A stretch of 64,000 nucleotides of DNA from a virus: IMG/VR virus record IMGVR_UViG_3300028025_002046, positions 30,589-94,588 of that record; one strand, given 5' to 3'. Positions within the stretch are counted from its first letter, which is position 1. Each line of letters starts with the position of its first letter. The translations under genes were made by a program, and so were the position numbers. The notes under the pieces were generated by a model, which was not told the DNA's origin, did no database searches, and saw nothing but the letters and a program-made list of their open reading frames with translations. Shown here in pieces: positions 61,728-64,000 of this stretch.

Positions 61728-63325
61728 TATTCCACATCCAGAGCATATCTAAATTCAATAAAGTTTGATGTGTTTTGCTTTTTGGGAATTGCTCTTGGGT
61801 ATCCCTCATAGTTTGTTGATACCTCGGAATATCCAACAAGACCATAGACAGAACTAATATTTGCAATGTTCTCAAACCTCATCGCATCTAGTGCTACATA
61901 GTAGTTTGCTGACTTAGACGATACGGAAGTAATGCCACCCACTGGAATAGACCCAGTATATTTAAGAACGTTATTAGACACATATGTAATTTCATGTCCT
62001 TGTAGTGTACTTTCTGGTGCTCCTGTTGGGTTCAGGTATACTGTGTGACCCACGGCATATCCGTGAGGGTGTGCGGTTGTAATTGTCACAACTCCAGCAG
62101 CCTGGGTTGCAGTTGCTGAATACTTTGCAGCGACTGATGCATAAATAATTGCGTAGTCTGCAAGAGTCCAGGCAAACTGTGAAGTCTGATATAGGTCTTG
62201 CAATTCTTGGGTGGATACGAAATATCTATTATCTGAAAAGTCTGTGGAGCTGTCTAGCCTTACGTTCATCTGAGCAAACTCTGCTGTGTGTTCTCCTGCT
62301 AGGTGGTCTACTGATGCAAACCTAACCATTATCTTTGCGTAGTCAATTGCTGTTCCTCCAGAAATACCGTTTTCATCAATCGCTTCTTTGCTTAGGATAG
62401 AGAATGCTAGTTTAAGTTGATCAACTGGGGACTGCTTAGATAGGTCTACGTTAATATCACTTTTGTGAATGTGCATAGCATCAATGTCTTCAACCTCAAG
62501 ACCGTATGTTGCGTCTTCAACTATGGAGCACGAATCTCCTCTTAGGACAATTGTATCATTTAGGAACCTAGGCTTTTCTTGTCTATTAATTCTTAGGTCT
62601 AGGGCGAATGCTTCGTTGTCTGCATTTACCATAAAGATCTTTCCCTCTGTCTCTGTTGCTGCTACTGAAGGATCTATAGAGTCATCTTGGTTCGATAGCT
62701 TTTCTGTTATTTCTGGTATGGCTACTACACCACCATTTTTGTGAGCTGCCCAGACTTCAGTTTCTGAAAATAAAAATATTGGCTGACTATCAAGACCGTT
62801 TGCGGATGGATTCTTTACAGCTGGATAGATTCCTAGTTCTGTAATCTCATACTTGTCTGGAGTAGGTAGTTCGGCTGTCAGAACGACCTTTGAGATTCCA
62901 TTTTCACGCACATAGCCACGAGATGTGATTGGAATGCGAAGCATCTCAAAGTCTAGAGATTCTTTAAATGTGTAGCTATATGATGCGTTTCCAGAATATC
63001 CACTTAGGGTAGTTAAACTTATGGTGTCTGTGGACTCTATAAGAAAAGAAACAGTCGTAGAAGTTTTTGCTGTAATAACTCTTGTGCCATCTATTCTTGG
63101 ATCAACGTCTACTATGTAGATTGAGTCTGCGATGTTGAAGGTATGGCTTTGGGCATTGCTAAATGTGATTGTTGCTACTCCGCTGGAAGCTGCCTTCTTG
63201 GTAACGCTAAACGTTAAGTCCTTTTTTGGCTTTGCCCCACATCCAACTGCAATATATGATGCATAGGCAGGAACCTGACCCAATAGGTATTTTGTAATAA
63301 TATATCTTCCAGTATTAGTAATCAT
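61727..63325 (-). CDS. Minor tail / baseplate protein
   Basis: MITNTG...I..YL.....YIAVG.G; L.FE..R.PI; ITELGI. Confidence 0.65.
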   Translation of the reverse strand: MITNTGRYIITKYLLGQVPAYASYIAVGCGAKPKKDLTFSVTKKAASSGVATITFSNAQSHTFNIADSIYIVDVDPRIDGTRVITAKTSTTVSFLIESTDTISLTTLSGYSGNASYSYTFKESLDFEMLRIPITSRGYVRENGISKVVLTAELPTPDKYEITELGIYPAVKNPSANGLDSQPIFLFSETEVWAAHKNGGVVAIPEITEKLSNQDDSIDPSVAATETEGKIFMVNADNEAFALDLRINRQEKPRFLNDTIVLRGDSCSIVEDATYGLEVEDIDAMHIHKSDINVDLSKQSPVDQLKLAFSILSKEAIDENGISGGTAIDYAKIMVRFASVDHLAGEHTAEFAQMNVRLDSSTDFSDNRYFVSTQELQDLYQTSQFAWTLADYAIIYASVAAKYSATATQAAGVVTITTAHPHGYAVGHTVYLNPTGAPESTLQGHEITYVSNNVLKYTGSIPVGGITSVSSKSANYYVALDAMRFENIANISSVYGLVGYSEVSTNYEGYPRAIPKKQNTSNFIEFRYALDVE

Positions 63326-63331
63326 AATATA

Positions 63332-63895
63332 TTAATTATACCACCCAACTTGGTCGTCCGATGAGAGAAACTCAATTTCTACCCTTTCGTTTGCCGTAAA
63401 GTCTGCTAATTCAATTACGATAGTGTTGCTATTGTTCATGTAAACGTTATAGGTGCTTCCATCTGGATTGTTTGGAAAGTCTGGCAATCTTACAGATAGG
63501 TCAATCTCGTACTGATTAAAGTATGCTTTATCTATTCCCTGAAGAGGTATGATATTGAATGGGGAATAGCGATCTGACAAATCTGAGATATTTGCAATTG
63601 GATTATATAACTGAGTTATACCATTTACAGAATAGTTTCTGGAGATAGATAGCAACTCAATACCAGCGATTTCCTGGAAAATTCTTTGGGTTGCTGTAAT
63701 TTCTCCCACTGTAGTATCTTGTGTAAGGAACAACTCTCTGGTTGCCACCTTAAGACCCTTGCCAGTTTGGACTCTTGCTGGAGTTTTGGGAGTAGAAGGC
63801 TTTGCTGGAACATTTCCTGTTGTATTTCCACTAGTTCCTCCGCCAACTGGTATCACACCATTGGAATTTCCTGGAAGCCTTCCTCTTTCAACCAT
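63332..63895 (-). CDS. Hypothetical tail-region protein
   Basis: ORF track. Confidence 0.6.
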   Translation of the reverse strand: MVERGRLPGNSNGVIPVGGGTSGNTTGNVPAKPSTPKTPARVQTGKGLKVATRELFLTQDTTVGEITATQRIFQEIAGIELLSISRNYSVNGITQLYNPIANISDLSDRYSPFNIIPLQGIDKAYFNQYEIDLSVRLPDFPNNPDGSTYNVYMNNSNTIVIELADFTANERVEIEFLSSDDQVGWYN

Positions 63896-64000
63896 ATCTT
63901 TTCCAGGTGGTCTTTTAGATCTTTCAAACCTGTCTTGAGTTATTGGTGGCTTGTAGTTATCGTAAGCGATTTTTCTTTTTTTCCAAGCTTCCCATTCTGA

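Overview
The window is part of a large, low-GC tailed dsDNA phage of an actinobacterial host. The host call rests on phage WhiB, class Ib NrdE/F/H, DnaE, a RecA-like protein, ThyX, terminase, an M23 endolysin, 4 tRNAs and leaderless genes; the gene set resembles Streptomyces BE-type and freshwater actinophages. Both flanks (1-8.4 kb and 26.8-64 kb) are almost all minus-strand tail-fibre, glycosylation, nucleotide-metabolism, lysis, packaging and replication genes. Between them is a 16.5-kb plus-strand block (about 9.4-25.9 kb) of dozens of tiny ORFs arranged as repeating cassettes. This block is the standout. (1) At least 27 promoters match the actinobacterial PafBC/RecA-NDp DNA-damage promoter geometry, TGTCnn-N10-TAnnnT. 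(2) Cassette junctions carry a GC hairpin-GTAC...TTACG module. (3) The junctions hold matches to host regulator sites: paired DnaA boxes, LexA SOS boxes, GlnR/MtrA-like and WhiA-like sites, with Zur/Fur-like boxes at the right boundary. (4) By eye, the coding DNA of the block is nearly free of AGCT/GATC/GTAC, which persist in the junction modules. Two covarying candidate RNA motifs and a probable AUU-initiated secreted protein were also found. Protein calls come from motif recognition only; no database search was run.
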